A program made the translations under genes and the position numbers. 64,000 bases of DNA from Mustelus asterias (taxonomy: Eukaryota): NCBI RefSeq assembly GCF_964213995.1, contig NC_135816.1, forward strand, positions 19,654,001 to 19,718,000, written 5' to 3'. Below are positions 11,743 to 24,697 of the stretch, in pieces. How positions within the stretch are numbered: position 1 is the first letter of the stretch; each line of letters begins with the position of its first letter. The notes beneath the pieces were generated by a model. That model was not told the DNA's origin. It worked only from the letters and a program-made list of their open reading frames with translations, and did not search any database.

Positions 11743-12099
11743 TTTACAACATACTATAAGAGCATTGCAATAGTCAAGTCCAGGGGTAACAAGAACATAA
11801 GTGAAATAAGGGTTTCAGCAACAGATGAGCTGAGGTGCAGACAGAAATGGTTGATAATCCAGCGGTGGAAATAGTCTTGGTGATCAATGGACTGGAGTCT
11901 GAAGATCTCAAGAGTCAAATCATGCACCAAGATTGCAAAATAATTGTTTTTCACCTGTGGGATTAACAATAGTAATTATATTACTATTATAAAGTTCATG
12001 AGAAGATATGCAAAACAAGTCAATTAAAATGATAATTTTTATATTAAAATACAGTTTGTTGGAATGGCAACCCAGTGATTGAATGTCATTTAAATTGTA

Positions 12100-12306
12100 G
12101 ATCTGCGCATTGCAATGAGGGGCGGGTGAGTTGCTGTACGGCACTGATCAAACCAATGGCTCCCTGGAGAACACAGCATGGCCACTATGAGGTCTGTGCG
12201 GCACAGATACTTCCGGTGGGATGACGTACGGCGACGTGTCCCATTGACCGGCGGAAGTGACGCGGGAAACCAGGGAGCCGGCTCGGAGGAGGGACGGGGC
12301 GAAGTA
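12100..12306 (+). promoter_or_regulatory. SRA1 CpG-rich promoter and 5' UTR
   Basis: GC box, CCAAT, ETS site ACTTCCGG (12209-12216), TGACGTA (12222-12228) and an ETS-CRE composite CGGAAGTGACG (12252-12262) upstream of the ATG. Confidence 0.75.
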
Positions 12307-12331
12307 ATGTCGGATCTCTTCGTCAAACCAG
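12307..12331 (+). CDS. SRA1: Steroid receptor RNA activator 1 protein (SRAP), exon 1
   Basis: MSDLFVKP+g|gtgaag matches the recalled MAELYVKPG and joins exon 2 in frame. Confidence 0.9.
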
Positions 12332-13944
12332 GTGAAGTGAGAGGATGAGGGAGAAGCAGGTGGCTTCGAGTTGGGGGGGGAACTGATGGGCAAAGTTTAA
12401 AGAAGCCGAGGTGTATGAGGGGCGGGTGGATCTGCCCCGAGGTGCAGGCCACACGGTCTGTTACCCTGGTTACGTGGCACAGAGTTGGAGTCAGCTGTGA
12501 TGTAATGCTGCCCTGGAGCTGATCACTTTGATCATGTTTTGTAAATGAGAAGCTGCAGGGGGAATGGAAACACTGCATCCAGGACACATGAGTGTATATG
12601 TAGGTTACATATAACAACATATATATATGGGTTAAATGTGACAACATGTATCGAGGGTACATATGGATGTTTATGCACACCTAAACTGGGCATATTTTAA
12701 GAAAGTATATGTATATATTGTGGGCAACAAAGGAAGGAGAGGGACAGAGGAAGGGTAGCTGGAGCTGTAGCTCTGAAAGGGATGAAAAAGGATGAAAAGG
12801 AAACATGCCGCCAGCCATTGAAGAAAATCTCAGCTTCCTGCATCAAATCATTCATTTGAAGGGCCTGAAGATACAGCCATCAATCATGGAGTGATTAAAA
12901 TGAAGTATAATCAAAAGACCGAAATTAGAGGAGTGTAGATATAATATGCTACTGACAGGATCGATCAATCAGACAGCTGAATTAGAAATCAACACCAGGC
13001 TGGGAGTGACAACAACACAATGGCAGACCAGCAAAAAGTACTGAACAGCCCACCTTGCCAGCATGACACACTAAAACATCTTCGGCACATTGTGTTGCAA
13101 CTGCCATTTTGTACACAAGATCTATGTTTATGCTACTTGTTTGTGCATTTATATATTTGATTTACTTACACCTGTTCCAGTTATTTTCCTTTTATGGATA
13201 TAGGACTATGTCTCTGATTTTGATATATGAATCCTTTTGTTTTGGCCAAGTTGATGTTCATTCCAAAGTTCACATCTGCTGTTAACAGTCATATCTACTA
13301 GTTCTTTAATCACTATTCTCTGCTTACTGTGAGTGCTGTGTTATCTGCAAATCTAACATATTATCATTCATGCTCTTGCCCCTCCCCCAAATAATAACAC
13401 CCAATTCTGTGTCCACAAATGCTCCTTTGATCATTGCCCCTGCCATAGGCAAAAATGAGGCCTGGTGATAAACCACACCCTTGTTGAACTCCTGTAACAA
13501 TTACAATCTTCTGACTTACTTACTGACTGACTTACAATGTACAGATTTCTTATGAGTCGTCTTCTGAGTCTATTCAACCCAAACAAATTCTTTTTCAAAA
13601 TCTACAAAACAAATTTATATTTTCTGCCTAAACTCTAAACTACATTCTGAAGAAGTTTTGTATTCAACTAGTGACATTAACTCTTGTTTTTTTCTCCCCA
13701 GATGCTGCCAGACCCACTGATATTTCCAGCACTTTCTGATTTCATCTCTTAAAGTGCATTCACTCCATAATCTTCTAATGTCAATTGCTTTTTGTCCCTC
13801 TTCCCCTCTGGATCCAAACTGGTCATATCTAATGTGGCTCTGTGCCTTTGCACCCACTTCTTTTGTTACAATTCTCAACACAACTTTCAATGCATGGACA
13901 TTCACATAATTTGTACAGAAGTCAGAACATCAATATGCAGGGTC

Positions 13945-16835
13945 AAGGGTGGGTACCGGTAGACAGGAAGGTGGGTTGAAGTGTGTCTACTTCAATGCAA
14001 GGAGCATCCGGAACAAGGTAGATGAACTTGGGGCATGGATTGGTACTTGGGACTACGATGTTGTGGCCATTACGGAGACGTGGGTAGAACAAGGACAGGA
14101 ATGGTTGTTGGACGTTCCGGGGTATAGATGTTTCACTAAGTGTAGGGAAGCTGGTAAAAGAGGTGGAGGAGTGGCATTGTTAATCAAAGATAGTTTAACG
14201 GCTGTGGAAAGGCACTTCGAGGGGGATCTGCACACTGAGGTAATATGGGCTGAGGTTAGAAATAGGAAAGGAGCGGTCACGTTGTTAGGAGTTTACTATA
14301 GGCCCCCAAATAGTAATAGAGATGTGGAGGAAGAAATTGCTAAGCAGATTATGGATATGTGTGGGGGTCACAGGGTAGTTGTCATGGGGGACTTTAACTT
14401 TCCAAATATTGATTGGAACCTTTGTAGGTCAAATAGTTCGGATGGGGAAGTTTTTGTGCAGTGTGTGCAGGAGGGTTTCCTGACACAATATGTGGATAGG
14501 CCGACAAGAGGTGAGGCCACATTGGATTTGGTACTGGGAAATGAACCGGGCCAAGTGTTAGATTTGGTTGTGGGAGAGCACTTTGGAGATAGTGACCACA
14601 ATTCGGTGTCTTTTGTTATTGCAATGGAGAGGGATAGGGCCATATGGCAGGGCAAGGTTTACAATTGGGGGAGAGGTAATTATGATGCGATTAGGCAAGA
14701 ATTAGGGGGCATAAGTTGGGAACAGAAACTGTCAGAGAAAGGAACTAATGAAAAGTGGAACTTTTTCAAGGAACAAATACTGGATGTCCTTGATAGGTAT
14801 GTCCCTGTCAGGCAGGGAGGAAATGGCTGAGTGAGGGAACCATGGTTCACGAAAGAGGTGGAATGTCTTGTGAAAAGGAAGAGGGAAGCTTATGTAGGGA
14901 TGAGGAAACAAGGTTCAGATGGCTCGATTGAGGGTTACAAGTTAGCAAGGAATGAGCTGAAAAAGGGGCTTAGGAGAGCTAGGAGGGGACACGAGAAGTC
15001 CTTGGCGGGTCGGATCAAGGAAAACCCCAAGGCTTTTTACTCTTATGTGAGGAATAAAAGAATGACCAGGGTGAGGTTAGGGCCGGTCAAGGACAGTAGT
15101 GGGAACTTGTGTATGGAGTCAGTAAAGATAGGCGAGGTGATGAATGAATACTTTTCTTCAGTGTTCACCAAGGAGAGGGGCCATGTTTTTGAGGAAGAGA
15201 AGGTGTTACAGGCTAATAGGCTGGAGGAAATAGATGTTTGGAGGGAGGATGTCCTGGCAGTTTTGAATAAACTGAAGGTCGATAAGTCCCCTGGGCCTGA
15301 TGAAATGTATCCTAGGATTCTTTGGGAGGCAAGGGATGAGATTGCAGAGCCTTTGGCTTTGATCTTTGGGTCCTCGCTGTCCACGGGGATAGTGCCAGAG
15401 GACTGGAGAATGGCGAATGTTGTTCCTCTGTTTAAGAAAGGGAATAGAAATGACCCTGGTAATTATAGAGTGGTTAGTCTTACTTCGGTGGTTGGTAAAT
15501 TGATGGAAAAGGTCCTTAGAGATGGGATTTACGACCATTTAGAAAGATGCGGATTAATCCGGGATAGTCAGCAGGGATTCGTGAAGGGCAAGTCGTGCCT
15601 CACAAATTTGATAGAATTTTTTGAGGAGGTAACTAAGTGTGTTGATGAAGGTAGGGCAGTTGATGTCATATACATGGATTTTAGTAAGGTGTTTGATCAG
15701 GTCCCCCATGGTCGGCTTATGATGAAAGTAAGGAGGTGTGGGATAGAGGGAAAGTTGGCCGATTGGATAGGTAACTGGCTGTCTGATCGAAGACAGAGGG
15801 TGGTGGTGGATGGAAAATTTTCGGATTGGAGGCAGGTTGCTAGCGGAGTGCCACAGGGATCAGTGCTTGGTCCTCTGCTCTTTGTGATTTTTATTAATGA
15901 CTTAGAGGAGGGGGCTGAAGGGTCGATCAGTAAATTTGCTGATGACACCAAGATTGGTGGAGTAGTGGATGAGGTGGAGGGCTGTTGTAGGCTGCAAAGA
16001 GACATAGATAGGATGCAAAGCTGGGCTGAAAAATGGCAGATGGAGTTTAACCCTGATAAATGTGAGGTGATTCATTTTGGTAGGACTAATTTAAATGTGG
16101 ATTACAGGGTCAAAGGTAGGGTTCTGAAGACTGTGGAGGAACAGAGAGATCTTGGGGTCCATATCCACAGATCTCTAAAGGTCGCCACTCAAGTGGATAG
16201 AGCTGTGAAGAAGGCCTATAGTGTGTTAGCTTTTATTAACAGGGGGTTGGAGTTTAAGAGCCGTGGGGTTATGCTGCAACTGTACAGGACCTTGGTGAGA
16301 CCACATTTGGAATATTGTGTGCAGTTCTGGTCACCTCACTATAAGAAGGATGTGGAAGCGCTGGAAAGAGTGCAGAGGAGATTTACCAGGATGCTGCCTG
16401 GTTTGGAGGGTAGGTCTTGTGAGGAAAGGTTGAGGGAGCTAGGGCTGTTCTCTCTGAAGCGGAGGAGGCTGAGGGGAGACTTAATAGAGGTTTATAAAAT
16501 GATGAAGGGGATAGATAGAGTGAACGTTCAAAGACTATTTCCTCGGTTGGATGGAGCTATTACCAGGGGGCATAACTATAGGGTTCGTGGTGGGAGATAT
16601 AGGAAGGATATCAGAGGTAGGTTCTTTACGCAGAGAGTGGTTGGGGAATGGACTGCCTGCAGTGATAGTGGAGTCAGACACTTTAGGAACATTTAAGCGG
16701 TTATTGGATAGGCACATGGAGCGCACCAGGATGATAGGGAGTGGGATACCTTGATCTTGGTTTCAGATAAAGCTCGGCACAACATCGTGGGCCGAAGGGC
16801 CTGTTCTGTGCTGTACTGTTCTATACTGTTCTATG
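13945..16835 (+). mobile_element. Young CR1 LINE with nearly complete ORF2 (APE endonuclease + RT)
   Basis: ORFs 13949-14830 and 14831-16696 are in the same frame, separated by one TGA. Motifs YFNARS, ITETW, GDFN, SDH, GVPQGSVLGP and FADD are present, with a (ctgtt/ctat) tail. Confidence 0.95.
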
Positions 16836-16979
16836 CCTTTGGCTTCTTTCTTAGGGTGATTATATTGTCTGCATGAAGTAGTCTGGTTGCTCTTCTGATA
16901 AGTAAATATCTTTGCACAGTTTAATAAACATTGATAAATTTTTTCCCCAGTTTTTAATTAACTCTGCATTTAGTAAGCC

Positions 16980-17448
16980 AAAGATTGGAGGTGCAAAAAG
17001 AAATGCAAACAAAGGTGGCAATGGGAAAGATTGTATTGAATGAGAAGAGACAGTTGCTAACCGGAAAGCGAAATTAACATTTCAAGAAGGGACTTGCAAG
17101 GAGTATTGTTTTGTGTTGATGAGTCTAGGACCTTATGGAAAGAGGAGACCAACTTGCTAAGTAGGTTAGAAACGTGGATTCGGAGGAGAGTGGAAAAGAT
17201 CGGGTGGACAGAAAAAGTAACAAATGATGCAGTGCAGAGGAGAGTGAACGAACAAAGACATTTGTTGAAAGTAATTAGGAACTGATGGAAACTGGGCAGG
17301 ACACATCTTCAGGGGAAATGGGCTAGTAAGGGAAATTACAGAGGGAAGATTTCAATGAGTAAGAGGGAGGAAAAGAATATTGATGCTGGATGGCTTGAAA
17401 ATCATTGGAAATTATTAAAAAGTGAAAAGACTGGCACAGGAAAGAGAG
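16980..17448 (+). mobile_element. Degraded RTE-clade LINE 3' fragment (continues at about 18329-18390)
   Basis: LETWIRRRVEKIGWTEKVTNDAVQRRVNEQRHLLKVIRN and a WAGHI motif, typical of the RTE C-terminus. Confidence 0.65.
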
Positions 17449-18315
17449 TCATGATGTGGAGATGCCGGCGTTGGACTGGGGTGAACACAGTAAGTTTTAA
17501 CAACACCAGGTTAAAGTCCAACAGGTTTATTTGGTAGCAAATACCATTAGCTTTCGGAGCGCTGCTCCTTTGTCAGATGGAGTGGAAATCTGCTCTCAAA
17601 CAGGGCACAGAGACACAAAATCAAGTTACAGAATACTGATTAGAATGCGAATCCCTACAGCCAACCAGGTCTTAAAGACACAGACAATGTGAGTGGAGGG
17701 AGCATTAAGCACAGGTTAAAGAGATGTGTACTGTCTCCAGACAGGACAGCCAGTGAGATTCTGCAAGTCCAGGAGGCAAGCTGTGGGGGTTACTGATAGT
17801 GTGACATAAATCCAACATCCCGGTTTAGGCCGTCCTCGTGTGTGTGGAACTTGGCTATCAGTTACTGCTCAGCGACTCTGCGCTGTCGTGTGTCGTGAAG
17901 CGGCCTTCACGACACACGACAGCGCAGAGTCGCTGAGCAGAAACTGATAGCCAAGTTCCGCACACACGAGGACGGCCTAAACCGGGATGTTGGATTTATG
18001 TCACACTATCAGTAACCCCCACAGCTTGCCTCCTGGACTTGCAGAATCTCACTGGCTGTCCTGTCTGGAGACAGTACACATCTCTTTAACCTGTGCTTAA
18101 TGCTCCCTCCACTCACATTGTCTGTGTCTTTAAGACCTGGTTGGCTGTAGGGATTCGCATTCTAATCAGTATTCTGTAACTTGATTTTGTGTCTCTGTGC
18201 CCTGTTTGAGAGCAGATTTCCACTCCATCTGACAAAGGAGCAGCGCTCCGAAAGCTAATGGTATTTGCTACCAAATAAACCTGTTGGACTTTAACCTGGT
18301 GTTGTTAAAACTCTT
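17449..18315. mobile_element. Penelope-like element forming a near-perfect 408-bp inverted repeat
   Basis: Arms 17493-17900 and 17905-18312 with loop cggc. 13-bp TSD acaggaaagagag (17436-17448 and 18316-18328). The arm encodes LHDTRQRRVAEQKLIAKFRTHEDGLNRDVGFMSHYQ*, a GIY-YIG-like C-terminus. Confidence 0.85.
18225..18261 (+). ncRNA. Hammerhead motif with a core mutation (CUGACAA); mirror copy on the minus strand at about 17544-17580
   Basis: ccau-CUGACAA-a-GGAGC-agc-GCUCC-GAAA-GCUA-augg. Confidence 0.55.
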
Positions 18316-20063
18316 ACAGGAAAGAGAGACCAGGCGAAGACTTATAAGCTGAGGACCTGCCTGGAGGCAGAGCACATAATGGTGATAATTATCTGGTGTG
18401 ATCTAGTCTGAGTATTGTATTTAATATTTGCAATCACATTTAAGTGCTGCATTATTGAAACCAGGGAACTGACATGATGCATGACACCAAAGTCATTAAG
18501 CAAACTGAGGATAACGCTCCATTGATTATTTTAATGACCGTTAAGAAATACGGTTCAACTCTGTTCACTGTATTAGAGCTGAGAGAATGAAGATTACTGT
18601 CCACTGAACACCAACAACACACTCATAAGCAGTTTATATTTTAACAAAATTTTGAGTTCCTAAAATTTGTGTTTTCTCCCTGTTCACAGCGTGAAAGCAT
18701 TTGAAAGGAGAATGATTAACAGAAGAGAAAGTGCATTTACTGGAATTTATAATGTTGAATCCTGGAGAGGAAATAGTCTTGGTTTGCTGTGAGAAAGCTT
18801 ACCACATTGCATGTCCTGTCCAGGAAGCAATTTACTGATTGACTTTTGCAGCAAGCTCATTTCACCTGGTTGTCAGTCACTGTCAGACAAGATCAATATT
18901 TATTCACAGCACAGAATTGCCATTTGTCTGATACATGTCCACACAACAGTTGGGAACCTCTTTCAGAAAGATACATTCAAGGGAAAGGTAGATAAGCAAA
19001 AGAAAAAGGAATAGAAAGGTATGCTGATGGTGTTAGATAAGGAGGGCTGGGATGAGGCTGGTATGGAACACTGACATAGACCAGTTGGGCTGAATGACCT
19101 GTTTCTGTTTTGAAGTTCTCTGATTCAAAGTTTTGAATGGAAAGGTTTACACTAATACATTACTAAATTCTCTTGTGACTTTTGGGCAGAGTAAGAGGAA
19201 CTTTACTTGATACTGACATATTGACCAATGGAAAAATATACTTCACTGTTGATCGCTAATATTCATTCTTTGATGCATCCAAACTAACTGCGGCAGAGTT
19301 TATTTTTATACTACTTAACACCATTTGCTGCTTTCAAAAGAAATATACCACTATATATCAGAGGTTGTCTGTTCCTTCAGGTGAGTCTATCTTATTTTAG
19401 GACCTGACAGTCAGATCTTTGTAACAAGATGAAAAATGTGTTTTCAGTGAACTAATTTCACATCTTGACATCACACCAGAGAACTTCAGTGTTGCTATAA
19501 TAGTGGAGTTCTTTATCCTAGAAGCAGTAGAGTAAATGCAAGTTGTCCAGTTATTCTGTTGCTCATTAGTAAGCGCTCTTGATATCTGCTTGTGTGTATT
19601 CGCTCATCCATCCATGGTTGATTTATTTGTTTAGGGAGGCGTACATTTTTGGTTTCACCAAAAAACAGGAAGATGCTTGTTTTCCTCTATAGTTAATGAA
19701 CTGTTAATAAAATCAGGTGAACAGGTAGCTTGGACAAATGTGGACTCTCTGAGAATAATTTCCTTTAATGGTTACTTCCGGTGAAAAATACGTTCCTGTG
19801 GAAAAAGAATTTCATGTTTCAAGGAAATTGGAGAGAAAAGATTTGATGTTACCACACAATGGTCTGTTAATTTAGGAAAATATTGAAAATACAAAAAATA
19901 TACTGTACATTGCAATTTTTATGTGCCTTGAAATGTTTTACTTGTGAATATAAATATAAGTTGTAGTTGTTTTGAATGGTTTATTGTAATTAATTTATAT
20001 TTTTTATGCCATCATTTTATACTGTTTTGCTTAATTGTAAACCTTTTTTTAAAACAAATTCAG

Positions 20064-20192
20064 GAAACCAGGAGCGAGGCTGGAATGATCCTCCTCAGTT
20101 TTCATATGGTTTGCAGACACAAGCGCAGATTGGTCCCAGGAAACATTTTCTCACTAAGAGGGTACCACCACCTCAGCTGGATAAACCGAAAG
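20064..20192 (+). CDS. SRA1: SRA1 exon 2
   Basis: [20 protein letters not shown] hallmark motif, bounded by AG/GT; 129 nt. Confidence 0.95.
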
Positions 20193-20919
20193 GTGAGCAT
20201 TAGTTACTATGATACAGGTGCAACCGAAGGCAGAATGTCTGCTTGGAATCTTTAGGCGTACAGATTCGAATTACAGTTGCATCGAAATTCTGGCCAAAAC
20301 TTTTTTTGAACTTCTCTCTTTGAGCCGGTACCTCCACCAGTTGTCGACAAAGTATAAGAAGCAAATATGGATTAATGTCTATTTAAATCAGCATTTTCTC
20401 TGCTGTTGTATCATTGAGCAGCCTTGGTATAAAAATAGTTGACATTTTTACCAGTTTGTGTTTCTTTTAATCCCCTCTTCCAAGTGTTGTGCTATTTCTT
20501 CTAAGGGGGGTGGGCAAGCAATCTCTACATAGGCTGACCTCTCGTCTATCATCAGGAGATACACAGTCATAAGCTGGATCGTTTCCTCAACGTTCTTTTC
20601 TCCCTCTCCTGAGGGCTGTCATCTGTTTTCTGCTCTCTACTTCCTCCTACTCACAATTGGGAATTCACCACATGGGAAAATGAGCCTGGGAAGCTGCATC
20701 CTGTCACTCTGTGCACGATGGAGCTCACTGGCAACATGTTAATTTAGCAGTATTACTGAATTCGGAGATTACTCCATTCCCTCTGTAAATTCCCACACAA
20801 GACACTTTCCATCTTTTATGAAACAGCATGAATTTAATTTGCTCCCAGTAGCGTAGTGATAGAAAGATTTGTTTTCCCCCATTGGCACGATTCTAATATA
20901 TTGTGTATTTTTCCTGTAG

Positions 20920-21140
20920 TTTGTGGACCAGCTGGAATTCCTCCTGCAGTTATACCATCAGGTTCTTCAGTAGCCTCTGAGAAGATGCCACCACCACCAC
21001 CACCTCCAAAGCAATCTGGCCTGTCCAGCAGTTGTAAACCAGTGCAAAGTGCAGCAGTTACACCTGATTGTGAAGTAAATGTGGAAGATGTTTTAGCTCC
21101 ATTGAATAAGACACTGGAGGTTTGTAGGAAAACTGTTAAG
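20920..21140 (+). CDS. SRA1: SRA1 exon 3 (proline-rich)
   Basis: ctgtag|...MPPPPPPPK...VEDVLAPLNKTLEVCRKTVK|gtaagc; 221 nt, phase consistent. Confidence 0.92.
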
Positions 21141-22996
21141 GTAAGCAGACAGTCAATGATATTCCTACAGCAGGGCTTTAAAAATCTCATCCCAGTAAGT
21201 TCTAAGAACAATGGTAGTGCTGCAGATTCCTGATGAGGAATTGGTCAACAAAGACTGTATTGATATTCTCTTGTTCAACTCAATTACTGTGTGTCATCTT
21301 AAACTCTTTGTATGATTAACAACATTGCACTGTAAGAGGTAAAATCTGATTAATTACACACTGAAATTTTTGCCTCAGAAGTACTGAACACAGCCAGTTG
21401 TTGTTCCACAAAATAGAAGGTAGAGAAGATCGCTCCAGTATTCCCACATGCTTCAAAGCACCTGACTGTAGAGTTAGCTTAGCAGATGTGCAGTAGCTAG
21501 TTGGTTGGAAATGGTGAATGATGGAAGGCTAAAAGGAGCGAAGGAATGATGCTACATACCTATTCTTAAAATATCATGTAATCAGCCTTGATACTTGCAT
21601 ATCAGAAATGTTGATGTAAGAGGGGACAAATTATGTTGAAAATGTATATAGTAGGTAGCGGAATAAACTGTGTGGAACAGAATAAGCAAGATTTTCTATT
21701 GTTGTAGAAAAGGCTTGCATTTTACAAGAACATTCCAAAATTCTACCAGACAGCAAATGATTTAAAACTACCATTGCCTTATTTGCAAATATGGCAACCC
21801 TTGTTAGCACAGCAAGCTCCTGCAATTAGCAATGACAATAAATGACAATTTCCTTTTATTTTTTTCAATCATATTGGCTGAGGGAAGAATATTGACCAAA
21901 ACACTCCAGAAAACATGCTGCCCATTGAAGAATGATGTAGACTTTCTAATTTAACTGAACCATTGGAACAGGAAAGTGGGAGGTTAGTTTAACACCAGAC
22001 CTGAAGGAAGGCCCTTCTCGCACTAAAGTATATCCTCTGCACAAATATCAGCTTTGATTGTGTGCTCAAGTTCTGGTTTGAAGTTAGAATCAACAACTTT
22101 ATAACAGGAGGAGAACATTCAGCCCTTTGAGCCTGCTCTGTCATTCACTTTGATCATGGCTGATCATCAAATTCAATATCCCGATCCCCCTTCCTCCCAT
22201 ATCCTTTGATCCCTTTAGCACCAAGAGTTGTATCTAATATCTTTTTGAAATCGGACAACGTTTTGGCCTCAACTACATTCTGTGGTGGTGAATTCCACAC
22301 ATTCACTACCTTCTGGGTGAAGAAATTTCTCCTCTCTTCTTATCCTCAAATTATGACCCCTAGTTCTAGACTCCAGAACTCGAGCTGTTACTTGGATAAC
22401 AAAACTGATATGCAGAGAAGCAGCAACATACACGTAGTAGTTCTGTTTCCATTGAAAGGTGTGTCAGTTATTTAGTGCAGATAAAACAACCTGATAAAAA
22501 GTTGATTGTACCAGTATGATGTTATGTAATAGTAGGAAATTGGATAACAGCCATAATTGCCCTTATTCCCAGTTCCCAAATTCAGGCTATAAATTGAGCT
22601 ATAAATATCAGCTTTGATTGTGTGCTCAAGTTCTGGTTTGAAGTTGGAATCAACAACTTTCTAACATAGAAACTAGAAGCAGGAGCAGGACATTCAGCCC
22701 TGGAAAATTCATGTCACTGAATCAATAATCACCCCTCGTCATTTCTTCTGTAGCAAAAGCCACTGTCAGTTTGATTGCCCACATATAGGAATTGTGGATA
22801 ATACAGATGGATTTTAACCAATAAATTGATGATATAGCAGTGGAAATAACAGTATAATAATGACATTTTAAAGTGATATTTTGATGGCAGCTGTTAGGGG
22901 TCATGAAGGGTATTGTGTTATTTTGAATACTTGCAAAAGTTTTAATGTTCAACATTTAATAATTGAAGGCATGTTGTTTCCAAACTTTTTGTCTAG

Positions 22997-23105
22997 AAAC
23001 AAGTTTGTGATGATATGGGCAGAAGGCTGATAATGCTCCAGGAGATGTGGCAATCAGGAAAACTATCCATATCAGTGCAAAAAAGGATGCACCTCCTCAC
23101 ACTAG
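22997..23105 (+). CDS. SRA1: SRA1 exon 4
   Basis: [36 protein letters not shown]+g|gtaatg; 109 nt. Confidence 0.95.
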
Positions 23106-23518
23106 GTAATGAATTTGTTATGTCTTGCATCTTGTCCAAATTCTTGTATATGAGGCTCGAGGGGCCCGAATGACCAACTATCTTTCCTGTACTGCTGAGT
23201 GAAATAGAGGAGGTGAAACAAGATTTGTTTATTTAGATAGAAACCTTTTTGTCATTGTAACTGAGAACTCTTTGTAAAATGACAGCTCTTTATAAAATTC
23301 TAATGATTGAAATTTTAATGTAATACAGAAGTGCCTAACCTGCAGCCCTTAGGAGATTTATGGCCCTTGAACCTGTACAGTTTGGACCATGGAATACAAG
23401 CAACTCCGTGTCTATTTTATGTATTTTTTTTTATCGGTGGCTTGTCCTGTAATGGCTTGTTCTTCTCACTCTTTCCTAATTGACGGCTATGTCCTAAATC
23501 AGAACAGAATCATAGAAG

Positions 23519-24697
23519 CGGTTGATGTGGTGTATATGGATTTCAGCAAAGCGTTTGATAAGGTTCCCCATGGTAAGCTTTTGCAGAAAATACGGACACA
23601 TGGGATTGAGGGTGATTTAGTGGTTTGGATCCAAAATTGGCTAGCTGTAAGAAAACAAAGGGTGGTGGTTGATGGGAAATATTCATCCTGGAGTTCAGTT
23701 ACTAGTGGTGTACCGCAAGGATCTGTTTTGAGGCCACTGTTGTTTGTCATTTTTATTAATGACCTGGATGAGGGCGTGGAAGGATGGATTAGTAAATTTG
23801 CGGATGACACTAAAGTCGGTGGAGTTGTAGACAGTGCGGAGGGAAGTGGCAGGTTACAGAGGGACATAGATAAGCTGCAGAGCTGGGCTGAGAGGTGGCA
23901 AATGGAGTTTAATGCGGTAAAGTGTGAGGTGATTCACTTTGGAAGGAGTAACAGGAATACAGAGTACTGGGCTAATGGTAAGATACTTGGTAGTATGGAT
24001 GAACAGAGGGATCTGGGTGTCCATGTGCATAGATCCCTGAAAGTTGGCACCCAGGTTGATAGGGTTGTTAAGAAGGCGTACGGTGTGTTAGCGTTTATTG
24101 GTAGAGGGATTGAGTTTCGGAGCCAGGAGGTCATGCTGCAACTGTACAAAACTCTGGTGTGGCCGCATTTGGAGTATTGCGTACAGTTCTGGTCGCCGTA
24201 TTATAGGAAAGATGTGGAAGTGTTGGAAAGGGTGCAGAGGAGATTTACCAGGATGTTGCCTGGTATGGTGGGAAAATCGTATGAGGAAAGGCTGAGGGGC
24301 TTGAGGTTGTCTTCGTTAGAGAGAAGAAGGTTAAGAGGTGACTTAATAGAGGCATACAAGATGATCAGAGTATTAGATAGGATGGATAGTGAGAGCCTTT
24401 TTCCTCGGATGGTGTTGGCTAGCACGAGGGGACATAGCTTTAAATTGAGGGGTGAGAGATATAGGACAGATGTTAGAGGTAGGTTCTTTACTCAGAGTAG
24501 TAAGGGCGTGGAATGCCCTGCCTGCAGCAGTAGTGGACTTGTCAACATTAAGAGCATTCAAATGGTTATTGGATAAACATATGGATGATATTGGAATAGT
24601 GTAGATTAGAGGGGCTTTAGATTGGTTCCACTGGTCGGCACAACATCGAGGGCCGAAGGGCCTGTACTGCGCTGTAATCTTCTATGTTCTATGTTCT
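23519..24697 (+). mobile_element. 5'-truncated CR1 LINE (RT C-terminal half) inserted into a SINE tail
   Basis: Motifs YMDFSKAFDKVPH, GVPQGSVL, FADDTK and LEYCVQFWSP. Tail tctatgttctatgttct, with minus-strand SINE pieces on both sides. Confidence 0.92.

Noticed and set aside
14828-14830. In-frame TGA between two long ORFs as programmed readthrough or selenocysteine
   Set aside because: CR1 ORF2 is normally continuous, so a nonsense mutation, probably CGA to TGA, is simpler.
23389-23518. Signal-peptide-like N-terminus on the 395-aa RT ORF, suggesting a domesticated gene
   Set aside because: It is a chance open frame in intronic flank upstream of a 5'-truncated CR1.
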